Positions 1 through 20,460 of a DNA stretch of 64,000 bases are shown here, piece by piece. The notes under the pieces are model-generated. The model worked only from the letters and a program-made list of their open reading frames with translations. It had not been told where the DNA came from and searched no databases. The stretch comes from Escherichia coli (lineage in GTDB: Bacteria; Pseudomonadota; Gammaproteobacteria; Enterobacterales; Enterobacteriaceae): the NCBI RefSeq assembly GCF_013122565.1, contig NZ_CP053258.1; one strand, written 5' to 3'. The position numbers and the translations under genes are program-made. Position 1 is the stretch's first letter. The number at the start of each line of letters is the position of its first letter.

Positions 1-2
1 CG

Positions 3-707
3 CAAGGGCGCACGCTGATCCTCGGCGGCACCGGACCAATGGGACTGTTGGCGATTGATTATGCGCTGCATGGACCAGTTAACCCGTCGCTGCTCGTCAT
101 TACCGATACCGACAACGACAAATTGAGTTATGCGCGCAAGTACTATCCATCAGAACCGCAAACACTGATTCATTATCTCAATGCCGCCGATGCAGCATTT
201 GGTACGTTAATGGCACTGAGTGGCGGTCACGGCTTCGATGATATTTTCGTCTTTGTGCCTAATGAAGGACTGGTGACTCTCGCCTCTTCCTTGCTGGCGA
301 CAGATGGTTGCCTGAATTTCTTCGCCGGACCGCAGGATAAACATTTCAGCGCGCCAATTAATTTCTACGATGTGCATTATGCATTTACCCACTACGTGGG
401 CACGTCAGGCGGCAATACCGACGACATGCGCGCGGCGGTCAAACTGATCGAAGAGAAAAAAGTGCAGGCCGCAAAAGTGGTAACACATATTCTTGGGCTG
501 AATGCCGCGGGCGAAACCACGCTTGAATTGCCTGCCGTCGGCGGCGGCAAAAAGCTGGTGTATACCGGGAAATACCTGCCGCTGACGTCACTCACGCAGA
601 TTCAGGATCAAGCACTGGCGGCGATTCTGGCGCGTCATCAGGGGATCTGGTCCGGTGAGGCGGAGCAATACCTGCTCGCCCATGCAGAAGCAATTTCCCA
701 TGATTAA
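3..707 (+). CDS. Zn-dependent medium-chain dehydrogenase family protein, 3' portion only (5' end outside window); possibly a SorE-like sorbose-1-phosphate reductase
   Basis: Frame is open from nt 3 (..QGRTLILGGTGPMGLLAIDYAL..) to the stop at 705-707, with no start codon needed inside the window. GGTGPMG is a GxGxxG Rossmann motif as in the cofactor domain of MDR dehydrogenases. The SorE assignment rests on remembered gene neighbourhood (sor operon next to pepE in some E. coli), not on sequence identity. Confidence 0.55.
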   Translation, partial: QGRTLILGGTGPMGLLAIDYALHGPVNPSLLVITDTDNDKLSYARKYYPSEPQTLIHYLNAADAAFGTLMALSGGHGFDDIFVFVPNEGLVTLASSLLATDGCLNFFAGPQDKHFSAPINFYDVHYAFTHYVGTSGGNTDDMRAAVKLIEEKKVQAAKVVTHILGLNAAGETTLELPAVGGGKKLVYTGKYLPLTSLTQIQDQALAAILARHQGIWSGEAEQYLLAHAEAISHD

Positions 708-867
708 TCGCGCTACTTAACTCTGCATGTCGCTGGCTGGTCGCCGCGGCAACTTCGCGACCTGATGTGCGGCTGATTGCAGAAGCGGCACAATGTGCAC
801 GAGAAGGATAAAAAACATCAGCGCCTTAAGGGGCGCTCAAATTGGTAGCAAAGTGCACATTGTTTAT

Positions 868-967
868 GCCGGATGCGGAATGAAGCCTTATTCGGTCTAC
901 ATAATTTTGAAAATTCAATATATTGCAGTTATCTGGTAGGCCTGGTAAGCGTAGCGCATCAGGCAAT
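868..967. repeat. Pair of inverted REP-like palindromic units (BIME-like) between the dehydrogenase gene and pepE
   Basis: 868-900 tgccggatgcggaatgaagccttattcggtctac and 936-967 gtaggcctggtaagcgtagcgcatcaggca resemble the REP consensus (GCCGGATGCG..CTTATCCGGCCTAC) in opposite orientations. Confidence 0.5.
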
Positions 968-1088
968 GCTGTGTTTGTCATCAGTCTCAGCGCCCGGTGC
1001 AATACGTGACATCGTGAGCCATGTCAGTAAGTGGTTAAATTCGCAGTGGTAGCATTCCTTCCGTGATTTCTTGCTAACCGGAGAAGTA

Positions 1089-1778
1089 ATGGAACTGCTT
1101 TTATTGAGTAACTCGACGCTGCCGGGTAAAGCCTGGCTGGAACATGCACTGCCGCTAATTGCTGAACAGTTGCAGGGTCGCCGCTCAGCGGTGTTTATCC
1201 CTTTCGCTGGCGTAACGCAGACCTGGGATGATTACACAGAGAAAACGGCTGCGGTTCTCGCTCCGCTGGGTGTTTCTGTCACCGGTATTCATAGCGTTGT
1301 CGATCCCGTTGCCGCGATTGAAAATGCTGAGATCGTGATTGTCGGCGGCGGGAATACTTTCCAGTTGCTGAAACAGTGCCGCGAGCGCGGGCTGCTGGCA
1401 CCAATTACTGACGTGGTTAAACGTGGCGCACTGTATATTGGTTGGAGCGCAGGCGCTAACCTTGCTTGCCCAACCATTCGTACCACCAACGATATGCCGA
1501 TTGTCGATCCGCAAGGTTTCGATGCGCTGAATCTGTTCCCGCTGCAAATCAACCCGCACTTCACCAACGCGCTGCCGGAAGGCCATAAAGGTGAAACCCG
1601 TGAACAGCGTATTCGCGAACTGCTGGTCGTCGCGCCAGAACTCACAATTATTGGTCTACCGGAAGGTAACTGGATCACAGTGAGTAAAGGTCACGCAACG
1701 CTGGGTGGCCCGAACACCACTTATGTGTTTAAGGCTGGTGAAGAAGCGGTTCCGCTGGAAGCGGGTCACCGTTTTTAA
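1089..1778 (+). CDS. pepE: Peptidase E (alpha-aspartyl dipeptidase)
   Basis: ORF 1071-1778; translation from the internal ATG at 1089 ([29 protein letters not shown]...) matches remembered PepE; 229 aa. Confidence 0.9.
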   Translation: MELLLLSNSTLPGKAWLEHALPLIAEQLQGRRSAVFIPFAGVTQTWDDYTEKTAAVLAPLGVSVTGIHSVVDPVAAIENAEIVIVGGGNTFQLLKQCRERGLLAPITDVVKRGALYIGWSAGANLACPTIRTTNDMPIVDPQGFDALNLFPLQINPHFTNALPEGHKGETREQRIRELLVVAPELTIIGLPEGNWITVSKGHATLGGPNTTYVFKAGEEAVPLEAGHRF

Positions 1779-1784
1779 ATGAAT

Positions 1785-1855
1785 TGCCGGATGCATGATC
1801 CGGCATCTTGTTCATAGTGCCTGATGCGACGCTTTACGCGTCTTATCAGGCCTAC
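1785..1855. repeat. Hairpin (gccggat-gcatg-atccggc) followed by a REP unit in the convergent pepE/yjbB spacer; likely bidirectional terminator region
   Basis: 1785-1805 tgccggatgcatgatccggca is an inverted repeat; 1819-1855 gcctgatgcgacgctttacgcgtcttatcaggcctac fits the REP consensus. Confidence 0.5.
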
Positions 1856-1867
1856 AGGGTCACGGTA

Positions 1868-3499
1868 TTAATACTCGTCCCGTCCTTCATCTTCATCCGG
1901 CTGTTCCAGCACACTGTAAGCCACCGAACAAAACAGCGAGTTCAGACGCTGCATATCTCCCAGTAAGCCTAAATGTAGCGAACTGGTTTCAATGCTCTGC
2001 ACGTTTTGCTGATGCAGGCGATCGACGTGGGCGTGGGAATAGCGGCGATTAAGAATGCGAAAGCGATGCTTGCTGCGGCGCAAACGACGGGCGCTGGTAA
2101 CATCACCAGAGAAGAAAACCGACATTGCCAGTTTTAAATTACTGAGCAATTGCTCATAGAGCGCATCCAGTTCCTTCAAGCCATCAAGCGAAAATGCCCG
2201 CCGTGCTGCCAGCGATTTATCGGCAATTTCGCTCCCCATGCGCTCGACGATATCGGAGGCCTGTTCAAGGTTGAGCGACATTTCGATGATCTCCGCCCAG
2301 CGGCGCGACTCTTCCTCCGCCAGCTCTTCTTTTGGCATCCGCGCCAGATACAGCTTAATGGCGGTATAGAGAACGTTGATATCATCTGCCAGTTTACGCA
2401 GCTCTTTCTCCTGCCGTGGCTCGCCGTGCATCACTTTATTCAGCCCTTCCATCATCTGTTCCATGGCGTCGCCAATGCGCAGGGTTTCGCGCGCGGCGTT
2501 CGCCAGAGCAAGCGTGGGCGTATCCAGCGCGCTGACATCCAGATGTTTGGGCCGTAGCTGGGTATCCAGTTCCGGTTCATCGCGAATAATCGTTTTGCAA
2601 AACCGTGCCATCGGGTCAACAAATGGCAGCATGACCAGGCAACGTACAAGGTTGTAGAAGACGTGGAAATAGATCACCAGTTCCGCTTTTGGCAATGACA
2701 ACTTCCCCATTGTCTCTGCCAGCAAATGGACAAACGGCAGGATAATCAGGCTACCCACCAGCTTAAACAGCAAACTACCCAGCGCGACACGGCGGGCTGC
2801 GGCATTGGCGGCACTGTTGTTGAGCATCGCCAGCAGGCCGGAACCGAGGTTAGCACCAATCACCAGACAGAGCGCCACGGGGAAGGAGATAATGCCTGCG
2901 GCGGTCAGAGTCGCAGTCAGCAGTACAGCAGCAAGGCTGGAGTAGCTGATAATGGCGAACATCGCGCCAATCAGCGCATCCAGCAGAATATCGCCGGTCA
3001 GCGAGGCAAAGATCACCTGAACGCCGTTTGCCTGGGTGATCGGCGTTACGGCCTGCACAATCAACTCCAGCGCCAGCAAAATCAGCCCAAGACCAATACC
3101 GACGCGGCCCAGTTGCCCGGCGCGTGACTGTTTGCGTCCGAGGAAAAAAATCACGCCGATAAAAATAAGTAACGGTGACAGCCAGGATAAGTCGAAGGTG
3201 AGAATACGCGCCATTAGCGCCGTCCCGACATCTGCCCCCAGCACAATGACCAGAGCCGGTGCGAGGGCTACCAGATCCTGAGCGACGAACGAGGTCACCA
3301 GCATGGTGGTGGCATTACTGCTCTGTACCAGTGCGGTAACGCCGATCCCCGCGCAAAAGGCGAGCGGCTTTTTTTCGACGCTCCGGCTAAGGACAGTACG
3401 CAAACGCGCGCCGAAGACGCGCATTACGCCGGTTCGAACAATATGAGTCCCCCAGACCAGCAGGGCGACGGCAGAAAGCAGGTGAAGCAGCGTTAACAC
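1868..3499 (-). CDS. yjbB: Na+/phosphate cotransporter-family membrane protein YjbB
   Basis: 543-aa ORF, hydrophobic multi-helix translation; position between pepE and metH as in K-12. Confidence 0.85.
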   Translation of the reverse strand: MLTLLHLLSAVALLVWGTHIVRTGVMRVFGARLRTVLSRSVEKKPLAFCAGIGVTALVQSSNATTMLVTSFVAQDLVALAPALVIVLGADVGTALMARILTFDLSWLSPLLIFIGVIFFLGRKQSRAGQLGRVGIGLGLILLALELIVQAVTPITQANGVQVIFASLTGDILLDALIGAMFAIISYSSLAAVLLTATLTAAGIISFPVALCLVIGANLGSGLLAMLNNSAANAAARRVALGSLLFKLVGSLIILPFVHLLAETMGKLSLPKAELVIYFHVFYNLVRCLVMLPFVDPMARFCKTIIRDEPELDTQLRPKHLDVSALDTPTLALANAARETLRIGDAMEQMMEGLNKVMHGEPRQEKELRKLADDINVLYTAIKLYLARMPKEELAEEESRRWAEIIEMSLNLEQASDIVERMGSEIADKSLAARRAFSLDGLKELDALYEQLLSNLKLAMSVFFSGDVTSARRLRRSKHRFRILNRRYSHAHVDRLHQQNVQSIETSSLHLGLLGDMQRLNSLFCSVAYSVLEQPDEDEGRDEY

Positions 3500-3718
3500 G
3501 AGTTCAGGTTCTCCTTATCGTTATATGTTCCTGAAGCAATTGAATGACCAAAGGACCGGAAACACGCTGACTGGCATCTTTACTGTGCCTTTTGACATTC
3601 GTTTTTCCGGCTAAGATTATTCCAGCCTGTTTCCAGTATAAGTGTTTCATATTAATAAAGAGACAGGGCACTCATTGAGCGCCCTGTTTGTTGTAAGGAA
3701 AAGTGACAGATTTGTGAA

Positions 3719-7402
<3,684 letters not shown>

Positions 7403-7564
7403 ACTTGCTCCCGACACGCTCAACCCAGATTTAATAAAAATTCAACAAACCATACTGGCATAAACGCATCTGTGGTAAAAGCAACCACTACCCAACATGA
7501 GATTTGTTCAACATTAACTCATCGGATCAGTTCAGCAACTATTGCATTAGCTAACAATAAAAAT

Positions 7565-7579
7565 GAAAATGATTTCCAC
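7565..7579 (+). promoter_or_regulatory. Candidate IclR autoregulatory operator
   Basis: gaaaatgatttccac is a near-palindrome resembling the IclR box, immediately upstream of the iclR start. Confidence 0.4.
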
Positions 7580-7601
7580 GATACAGAAAAAGGAGACTGT
7601 C

Positions 7602-8426
7602 ATGGTCGCACCCATTCCCGCGAAACGCGGCAGAAAACCCGCCGTTGCCACCGCACCAGCGACTGGACAGGTTCAGTCTTTAACGCGTGGCCTGAAATTA
7701 CTGGAGTGGATTGCCGAATCCAATGGCAGTGTGGCACTCACGGAACTGGCGCAACAAGCCGGGTTACCCAATTCCACGACCCACCGCCTGCTAACCACGA
7801 TGCAACAGCAGGGTTTCGTGCGTCAGGTCGGCGAACTGGGACATTGGGCAATCGGCGCACATGCCTTTATGGTCGGCAGCAGCTTTCTCCAGAGCCGTAA
7901 TTTGTTAGCAATTGTTCACCCTATCCTGCGCAATTTAATGGAAGAGTCTGGCGAAACGGTCAATATGGCGGTGCTTGATCAAAGCGATCACGAAGCGATT
8001 ATTATCGACCAGGTACAGTGTACGCATCTGATGCGAATGTCCGCGCCTATCGGCGGTAAATTGCCGATGCACGCTTCCGGTGCGGGTAAAGCCTTTTTAG
8101 CCCAACTGAGCGAAGAACAGGTGACGAAGCTGCTGCACCGCAAAGGGTTACATGCCTATACCCACGCAACGCTGGTGTCTCCTGTGCATTTAAAAGAAGA
8201 TCTCGCCCAAACGCGCAAACGGGGTTATTCATTTGACGATGAGGAACATGCGCTGGGGCTACGTTGCCTTGCAGCGTGTATTTTCGATGAGCACCGTGAA
8301 CCGTTTGCCGCAATTTCTATTTCCGGACCGATTTCACGTATTACCGATGACCGCGTGACCGAGTTTGGCGCGATGGTGATTAAAGCGGCGAAGGAAGTGA
8401 CGCTGGCCTATGGCGGGATGCGGTGA
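7602..8426 (+). CDS. iclR: Glyoxylate-shunt transcriptional repressor IclR
   Basis: ORF 7563-8426; internal start MVAPIPAKRGRKPAVATAPATGQVQSLTRGLKLLEW matches IclR; 274 aa. Confidence 0.95.
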   Translation: MVAPIPAKRGRKPAVATAPATGQVQSLTRGLKLLEWIAESNGSVALTELAQQAGLPNSTTHRLLTTMQQQGFVRQVGELGHWAIGAHAFMVGSSFLQSRNLLAIVHPILRNLMEESGETVNMAVLDQSDHEAIIIDQVQCTHLMRMSAPIGGKLPMHASGAGKAFLAQLSEEQVTKLLHRKGLHAYTHATLVSPVHLKEDLAQTRKRGYSFDDEEHALGLRCLAACIFDEHREPFAAISISGPISRITDDRVTEFGAMVIKAAKEVTLAYGGMR

Positions 8427-8442
8427 CATTTTCGCTTCTGAT

Positions 8443-10167
<1,725 letters not shown>

Positions 10168-10195
10168 TTAGCGCCCTCATCAAGAGCAAAGAATT

Positions 10196-10239
10196 GCCGG
10201 ATGCGGCGTGAACGCCTTATCCGGCCTACAGTCAGCAAC
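10196..10239 (-). repeat. REP element in the aceA-aceK intercistronic region
   Basis: gccggatgcggcgtgaacgccttatccggcctac is a near-consensus REP; a REP in this spacer is a classic feature of the ace operon. Confidence 0.8.
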
Positions 10240-10251
10240 GGTTGTTGTTGC

Positions 10252-11556
10252 TTAGAACTGCGATTCTTCGGTGGAGCCAGTTAGCGCGGTAACTGACGAC
10301 GTACCGCCCTGAATAATGGTCGTCACTTTATCGAAATAACCTGTACCCACTTCCTGCTGGTGAGATACGAAGGTATAGCCATCTTTCGCAGCGGCAAATT
10401 CCGGCTGCTGCACTTTCTCAACATAGTGCTTCATACCCTCGCCCTGGGCATAGGCGTTTGCCAGGTCGAACATGTTGAACCACATGCTGTGGATACCTGC
10501 CAGGGTGATGAACTGGAACTTGTAGCCCATATCCGACAGCTGCTGCTGGAAGCTGGCAATAGTTTTGTCGTCGAGGTTTTTCTGCCAGTTGAACGACGGC
10601 GAGCAGTTATAAGCCAGCAGTTTGCCTGGATATTTCGCGTGGATAGCTTGTGCAAAGCGACGCGCCAGTTCCAGATCCGGCGTGGAGGTTTCACACCATA
10701 CCAGGTCAGCATATGGCGCATACGCCAGGCCACGGCTGATCGCTTGCTCAATGCCCGCATGAGTACGGAAGAAGCCTTCACTGGTACGCTCGCCGGTAAT
10801 AAATTCGCTGTCATACGGGTCGCAATCGGAGGTGATCAGATCCGCCGCATCGGCATCGGTACGAGCAACCAGCAGAGTCGGAACGCCCGTCACGTCAGCC
10901 GCCAGACGCGCCGCAACCAGTTTCTGAATAGCTTCCTGAGTTGGCACCAAAACTTTGCCGCCCATGTGACCGCATTTCTTCACTGACGCCAGCTGATCTT
11001 CGAAGTGAACTGCCGCTGCACCGGCTTCAATCATCGCTTTCATCAGTTCAAAGGCATTCAGGACACCGCCAAAACCGGCTTCCGCATCGGCAACGATCGG
11101 CAGGAAGTAATCGACATAGCGCGGATCGCCCGGCTCAATACCCGCGGACCATTGGATCTGATCCGCACGGCGGAAGGTGTTGTTGATCCGCTCCACCACA
11201 GCTGGCACCGAGTTTGCCGGATAGAGCGACTGATCCGGATACATGCTGGCCGCCAGGTTAGCGTCCGCCGCTACCTGCCATCCCGACAGATAGACCGCTT
11301 CAATACCCGCTTTCGCCTGTTGCAGCGCCTGACCGCCAGTCAGTGCACCGAGGCTGTTGATGTAGCCTTTTTTCGACTCGCCATGCAGCAGACGCCACAT
11401 TTTCGCCGCGCCCAGTTGCGCCAGCGTGCATTCAGGATTGACTGAACCGCGTAATTTCACCACATCTTCCGCGCTGTATGGGCGAGTAATGCCTTCCCAA
11501 CGCGGTTGAGTCCACTCTTTCTGTAATTCTTCAATTTGTTGTGTACGGGTTTTCAT
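10252..11556 (-). CDS. aceA: Isocitrate lyase
   Basis: ORF 10252-11571; internal start [32 protein letters not shown] gives 434 aa. Confidence 0.95.
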   Translation of the reverse strand: MKTRTQQIEELQKEWTQPRWEGITRPYSAEDVVKLRGSVNPECTLAQLGAAKMWRLLHGESKKGYINSLGALTGGQALQQAKAGIEAVYLSGWQVAADANLAASMYPDQSLYPANSVPAVVERINNTFRRADQIQWSAGIEPGDPRYVDYFLPIVADAEAGFGGVLNAFELMKAMIEAGAAAVHFEDQLASVKKCGHMGGKVLVPTQEAIQKLVAARLAADVTGVPTLLVARTDADAADLITSDCDPYDSEFITGERTSEGFFRTHAGIEQAISRGLAYAPYADLVWCETSTPDLELARRFAQAIHAKYPGKLLAYNCSPSFNWQKNLDDKTIASFQQQLSDMGYKFQFITLAGIHSMWFNMFDLANAYAQGEGMKHYVEKVQQPEFAAAKDGYTFVSHQQEVGTGYFDKVTTIIQGGTSSVTALTGSTEESQF

Positions 11557-11585
11557 GTGCAGATGCTCCATAGTTATGTGGTGGT

Positions 11586-13187
11586 TTACGCTAACAGGCG
11601 GTAGCCTGGCAGGGTCAGGAAATCAATTAACTCATCGGAAGTGGTGATCTGTTCCATCAAGCGTGCGGCATCGTCAAAACGCCCCTGGGAGAAACGTTCT
11701 TCGCCCAGTTCGCTGGCAATGACTTTCATCTCTTCGCCCAGCATCTGGCGGAACAAGGCTTTGGTCACCGGTTTGCCATTGCTCAACGTTTTTTGATGAT
11801 GGATCCACTGCCAGATTGAGGTACGGGAAATTTCAGCCGTCGCCGCATCTTCCATCAGGCCATAAATCGGCACGCAGCCGTTGCCGGAGATCCACGCTTC
11901 AATGTACTGCACAGCCACGCGAATGTTGGCGCGCATACCTTCTTCGGTGCGTTCACCATCACAAGGTGCCAGCAGCTGATCGGCAGTAATCGGCGCGTCT
12001 TGTTCGCGCAATACTTCAAGCTGATTTTTACGGGAGCCGAGAATGTCGTTGAATACCGCCATTGCCGTGTCCGCAAGGCCTGGGTGAGCGATCCATGTGC
12101 CATCGTGACCGTTATTGGCTTCCAGCGCTTTATCCGCTTTTACTTTGTTGAGCACCTGGTTATTACGCTCTTCATCTTTGCTCGGAATAAACGCCGCCAT
12201 GCCGCCCATCGCAAAAGCACCGCGTTTATGGCAGGTTTTAATCAACAGGCGTGAGTAAGCATTCAGGAAGGGTTTATCCATCGTCACTGCCTGTCTGTCT
12301 GGCAGGACGCGATCGGGATAGTTTTTCAACGTTTTGATATAACTGAAGATGTAATCCCAACGACCGCAGTTCAGACCAACAATATGGTCACGCAGCGCGT
12401 GAATGATTTCATCCATCTGGAACACGGCGGGCAGCGTTTCAATCAGCAACGTCGCCTTGATGGTGCCGCGCGGCAGATTAAAGCGATCTTCTGCATAGCT
12501 GAAGACTTCACTCCACCAGGCCGCTTCCTGCCAGGACTGGGTTTTCGGCAGATAGAAATAGGGACCGCTGCCCTTTGCCAACAGTGCCTGATAGTTGTGG
12601 AAGAAATAGAGCGCAAAATCAAACAGGCTACCGGGGATTGCCTCACCACGCCAGGTGACATGTTTTTCCGGCAAGTGCAGACCGCGTACCCGACAAATCA
12701 AAACCGCTGGATTGGGCTTGAGCTGATAAATTTTGCCTGCTTCATTCGTGTAACTGATGGTGCCGTTAACCGCATCGCGCAGGTTAATTTGCCCGTCGAT
12801 CACTTTGTTCCAGTCTGGTGCCAGTGAATCTTCGAAATCGGCCATAAAGACTTTCACATTGGCGTTCAGTGCGTTGATCACCATCTTGCGCTCAACCGGG
12901 CCAGTTATCTCGACTCGACGATCTTGTAAGTCCGCAGGAATACCACGAATTTTCCAGCCTGCATCACGAATGGAAGCTGTTTCCGAAATAAAATCAGGCA
13001 ACGTTCCGTTATCGATATCCTGCTGCTGCTGAATGCGCGCTGCCAGAAGTTTATTGCGTTGTGGCGTAAAATGCGTCACCAGCTCAGTCAGAAATTCTAC
13101 CGCTTCGGCAGTAAGAATTTGCTTCTCCTGCTCGCCATACGGCCTTGTGAAAGCCAGTTCATCGGTTGTTGTTGCCTGTTCAGTCAT
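11586..13187 (-). CDS. aceB: Malate synthase A
   Basis: ORF 11586-13205; internal start [32 protein letters not shown] gives 533 aa. Confidence 0.95.
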   Translation of the reverse strand: MTEQATTTDELAFTRPYGEQEKQILTAEAVEFLTELVTHFTPQRNKLLAARIQQQQDIDNGTLPDFISETASIRDAGWKIRGIPADLQDRRVEITGPVERKMVINALNANVKVFMADFEDSLAPDWNKVIDGQINLRDAVNGTISYTNEAGKIYQLKPNPAVLICRVRGLHLPEKHVTWRGEAIPGSLFDFALYFFHNYQALLAKGSGPYFYLPKTQSWQEAAWWSEVFSYAEDRFNLPRGTIKATLLIETLPAVFQMDEIIHALRDHIVGLNCGRWDYIFSYIKTLKNYPDRVLPDRQAVTMDKPFLNAYSRLLIKTCHKRGAFAMGGMAAFIPSKDEERNNQVLNKVKADKALEANNGHDGTWIAHPGLADTAMAVFNDILGSRKNQLEVLREQDAPITADQLLAPCDGERTEEGMRANIRVAVQYIEAWISGNGCVPIYGLMEDAATAEISRTSIWQWIHHQKTLSNGKPVTKALFRQMLGEEMKVIASELGEERFSQGRFDDAARLMEQITTSDELIDFLTLPGYRLLA

Positions 13188-13287
13188 CGTGCAGCTCCTC
13201 GTCATGGATCCGAAAACTTCCCCACTGTGAACGAAGGATCGTTGTGCGCTTTTCGTTCAGCACAACTAAGACTACTCATTTAAAATG

Positions 13288-13313
13288 CAAAATCAAAAAC
13301 AATTTCCATTTTA
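13288..13313 (-). promoter_or_regulatory. IclR operator in the aceB promoter region
   Basis: Minus-strand sequence aaaatggaaattgtttttgattttg matches the remembered IclR box of the aceBAK promoter. Confidence 0.6.
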
Positions 13314-13385
13314 ATTAAAAATACTTGATAACTTATTGATAACAATATAAATAAAATTTATTCACCTACTGAGGTGCGTTTCGGA

Positions 13386-13412
13386 AATAAAAAAGGCACC
13401 CGAAGGTGCCTG
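13386..13412 (-). terminator. Intrinsic terminator after metA
   Basis: Minus-strand aggcacc-ttcg-ggtgcct hairpin followed by a T-run. Confidence 0.6.
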
Positions 13413-13455
13413 AGGTAAGGTGCTGAATCGCTTAACGATCGACTATTACAGAAGA

Positions 13456-14385
13456 TTAATCCAGCGTTGGATTCATGTGCCGTAGATCGTATGGCGTGAT
13501 CTGGTAGACGTAATAGTTGAGCCAGTTGGTAAACAGCAAATTACCGTGACTACGCCAGCTCGCTCGCGGTTTGTTTTGCGGATCATTGTGCGGGAAATAG
13601 TTATACGGTACTTCCGGGTCTAGTCCGGCTTCCACATCGCGGAAATATTCTTGCGCCAGCGTTTGCGCATCATATTCGGGATGGCCCGTCACAAAGGCAA
13701 TGCGCTTATCTTTGCTGGCAAACAGATATGCATCCCCTCCTTCCGTCTCTGCCAGAATTTCCAGATCGGTGTAATCACGAATCAACGCTGCCGGAAAGTC
13801 AGCATAGCGCGAATGCGGTGCCAGGAATGAATCATCAAAGCCACGCGTCAGAAGCGCATGAGGATGGAGAATATGATGCTCGTAAACGCCAGAGAGTTTG
13901 TCGGTGCGAGTTTGCTTAGGAATGCCGTAGAGGATATTGAGCGCGGCCTGTACCGCCCAGCAGACAAACAGCGTCGAGGTGACGTGATCTTTCGACCACT
14001 CCAGCACCTGTTTGATCTGCGGCCAGTAAGCGACATCATTAAACTCTACCAGGCCCAGCGGCGCACCAGTTACAATCAAACCGTCAAAGTTCTGATCCTG
14101 AATATCTTCAAAGTTACAGTAGAAGTTATTCAGATGCTCTGCGGGCGTGTTGCGCGACTCGCGGGAATCGATGCGCAACAGCTGAATATCGACCTGCAAA
14201 GGCGAGTTTGAAAGCAGGCGCAGAAATTGATTTTCAGTTTCAATCTTCTTCGGCATCAGGTTAAGGATAAGCACCTTTAGCGGACGAATTTCCTGACCAG
14301 ACGCACGAGAAGTTGTCATCACAAAGACGTTTTCTTCACGCAAGAAATTGACGGCGGGTAGCTCGTCCGGCACACGAATCGGCAT
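13456..14385 (-). CDS. metA: Homoserine O-succinyltransferase
   Basis: 309-aa [31 protein letters not shown]... Confidence 0.95.
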   Translation of the reverse strand: MPIRVPDELPAVNFLREENVFVMTTSRASGQEIRPLKVLILNLMPKKIETENQFLRLLSNSPLQVDIQLLRIDSRESRNTPAEHLNNFYCNFEDIQDQNFDGLIVTGAPLGLVEFNDVAYWPQIKQVLEWSKDHVTSTLFVCWAVQAALNILYGIPKQTRTDKLSGVYEHHILHPHALLTRGFDDSFLAPHSRYADFPAALIRDYTDLEILAETEGGDAYLFASKDKRIAFVTGHPEYDAQTLAQEYFRDVEAGLDPEVPYNYFPHNDPQNKPRASWRSHGNLLFTNWLNYYVYQITPYDLRHMNPTLD

Positions 14386-14415
14386 AACCTGATTACCTCA
14401 CTACATACGCTTATA

Positions 14416-14436
14416 CGTTTAGACATCCAGATAGCT
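14416..14436 (-). promoter_or_regulatory. Candidate MetJ boxes upstream of metA
   Basis: agacatcc/agatagct are tandem 8-mers loosely resembling the AGACGTCT met-box; metA is a known MetJ target. Confidence 0.3.
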
Positions 14437-14541
14437 GAAGATAACCAGAAAATTTGCCAATGTCGAGCCTGCATGTTGAAGGTGAGAAAGTTTCAAGGAA
14501 AAGACTACGTTAGAATATAAGAATGACTAAAAGGAGTGAAA

Positions 14542-14985
14542 ATGGTTATTAGTATTCGCCGCTCACGGTATGAGGAAGGGGAGGAACTCGTTGCGATTTG
14601 GTGTCGATCTGTCGATGCCACCCACGATTTTTTATCAGCAGAGTATCGGGCCGAGCTGGAAGAGCTGGTTCGTTCCTTTCTGCCGGAAGCACCGTTGTGG
14701 GTCGCGGTTAATGAACGGGATCAGCTGGTTGGGTTTATGTTGTTAAGTGGGCAGCATATGGATGCGCTGTTTATCGATCCTGATGTGCGCGGCTGCGGCG
14801 TGGGTCGGATGCTGGTGGAGCATGCGCTCTCGATGGCACCGGAACTGACAACCAACGTTAATGAGCAAAATGAGCAGGCGGTTGGGTTCTATAAGAAGGT
14901 GGGTTTTAAGGTTACTGGACGCTCTGAGGTGGACGATTTGGGGAAACCGTATCCGTTGCTGAATCTGGCGTATGTGGGGGAATAA
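14542..14985 (+). CDS. yjaB: GNAT-family N-acetyltransferase YjaB
   Basis: ORF 14536-14985; internal start MVISIRRSRYEEGEELVAIW gives 147 aa; acetyltransferase-like motif region (..LFIDPDVRGCGVGRMLVEHAL..) present. Confidence 0.85.
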   Translation: MVISIRRSRYEEGEELVAIWCRSVDATHDFLSAEYRAELEELVRSFLPEAPLWVAVNERDQLVGFMLLSGQHMDALFIDPDVRGCGVGRMLVEHALSMAPELTTNVNEQNEQAVGFYKKVGFKVTGRSEVDDLGKPYPLLNLAYVGE

Positions 14986-15012
14986 GCTGCCCCCTATCGT
15001 GCTATCGTGCCT

Positions 15013-15051
15013 GCGTAAGCTGGATAAGACGCGCCAGCGTCGCATCCGGCA
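15013..15051 (-). repeat. REP-like element between yjaB and the rrnE terminator
   Basis: Minus-strand tgccggatgcgacgctggcgcgtcttatccagcttacgc fits the REP pattern. Confidence 0.5.
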
Positions 15052-15065
15052 TTTTTTTCTGCGCC

Positions 15066-15098
15066 AATGCAAAAAGGCCATCCGTCAGGATGGCCTTT
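15066..15098 (-). terminator. rrnE operon intrinsic terminator
   Basis: aggccatcc-gtca-ggatggcct hairpin with a T-run on the minus strand, immediately after the 5S gene. Confidence 0.7.
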
Positions 15099-15109
15099 CG
15101 CTTAATTTG

Positions 15110-15229
15110 ATGCCTGGCAGTTCCCTACTCTCGCATGGGGAGACCCCACACTACCATCGGCGCTACGGCGTTTCACTTCTGAGTTCGGCATGGGGTCAGG
15201 TGGGACCACCGCGCTACGGCCGCCAGGCA
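15110..15229 (-). rRNA. rrfE: 5S ribosomal RNA (rrnE operon)
   Basis: 120-nt match to the remembered E. coli 5S sequence (TGCCTGGCGGC...GGAACTGCCAGGCAT) in reverse complement. Confidence 0.95.
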
Positions 15230-15323
15230 AATTCTGTTTTATTAACCCGCTTATCGCCGGTTAATGTAATCTGTATCAGGCTGAAAATCTTCTCTCAATC
15301 CGCCAAAACATCTTCGGCGTTGT

Positions 15324-18227
<2,904 letters not shown>

Positions 18228-18411
18228 TCACAACCCGAAGATGTTTCACTTCAGAGTTGCGAAAATTTGAGAGACTCACGAACAACATTCGTTGTTCAGT
18301 GTTTCAATTTTCAGCTTGATCCAGATTTTTAAAGAGCAAATATCTCAAACATCACCCGAAGATGAGTTTTGAGATATTGAGGTCGGCGACTTTCACTCAC
18401 AAACCAGCAAG

Positions 18412-18487
18412 TGGCGTCCCCTAGGGGATTCGAACCCCTGTTACCGCCGTGAAAGGGCGGTGTCCTGGGCCTCTAGACGAAGGGGAC
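18412..18487 (-). tRNA. gltV: tRNA-Glu (anticodon UUC) in the 16S-23S spacer
   Basis: Reverse complement equals GTCCCCTTCGTCTAGAGGCCCAGGACACCGCCCTTTCACGGCGGTAACAGGGGTTCGAATCCCCTAGGGGACGCCA. Confidence 0.95.
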
Positions 18488-18572
18488 GTATCAGTCTGCT
18501 TCGCAAGACGCCTTGCTTTTCACTTTCTATCAGACAATCTGTGTGAGCACTGCAAAGTACAGTTCTTTAAGG

Positions 18573-20114
<1,542 letters not shown>

Positions 20115-20297
20115 AAAAGTTTGATGCTCAAAGAATTAAACTTCGTAATGAATTACGTGTTCACTCTTGAGACTTGGTATTCATTTTTCGTCTTGCGACG
20201 TTAAGAATCCGTATCTTCGAGTGCCCACACAGATTGTCTGATAAATTGTTAAAGAGCAGTTGCGACGCGGCTTTAGCGCACTGTCGCGAGGTGGCGT

Positions 20298-20325
20298 ATA
20301 TTACGCTTTCCTCTTTCAGAGTCAA
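20298..20325 (-). promoter_or_regulatory. rrnE P2 promoter
   Basis: Minus strand TTGACT-16 bp-TAATAT. Confidence 0.7.
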
Positions 20326-20407
20326 CCCTGAATTTCAGGATTTTTCTCTTCAACCGAACCGGCTGTTTGTGTGAAGTGATTCACATCCGCCGTGTCGATG
20401 GAGGCGC

Positions 20408-20460
20408 ATTATAGGGAGTTCTCCGCAGGCCGCAATAGAAAAATTGCAGAAAAATGACTG
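20408..20460 (-). promoter_or_regulatory. rrnE P1 promoter with AT-rich UP element
   Basis: Minus strand TTGCGG-16 bp-TATAAT followed by a GC-rich discriminator (gcgcc); AT-rich tract upstream. Confidence 0.7.
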
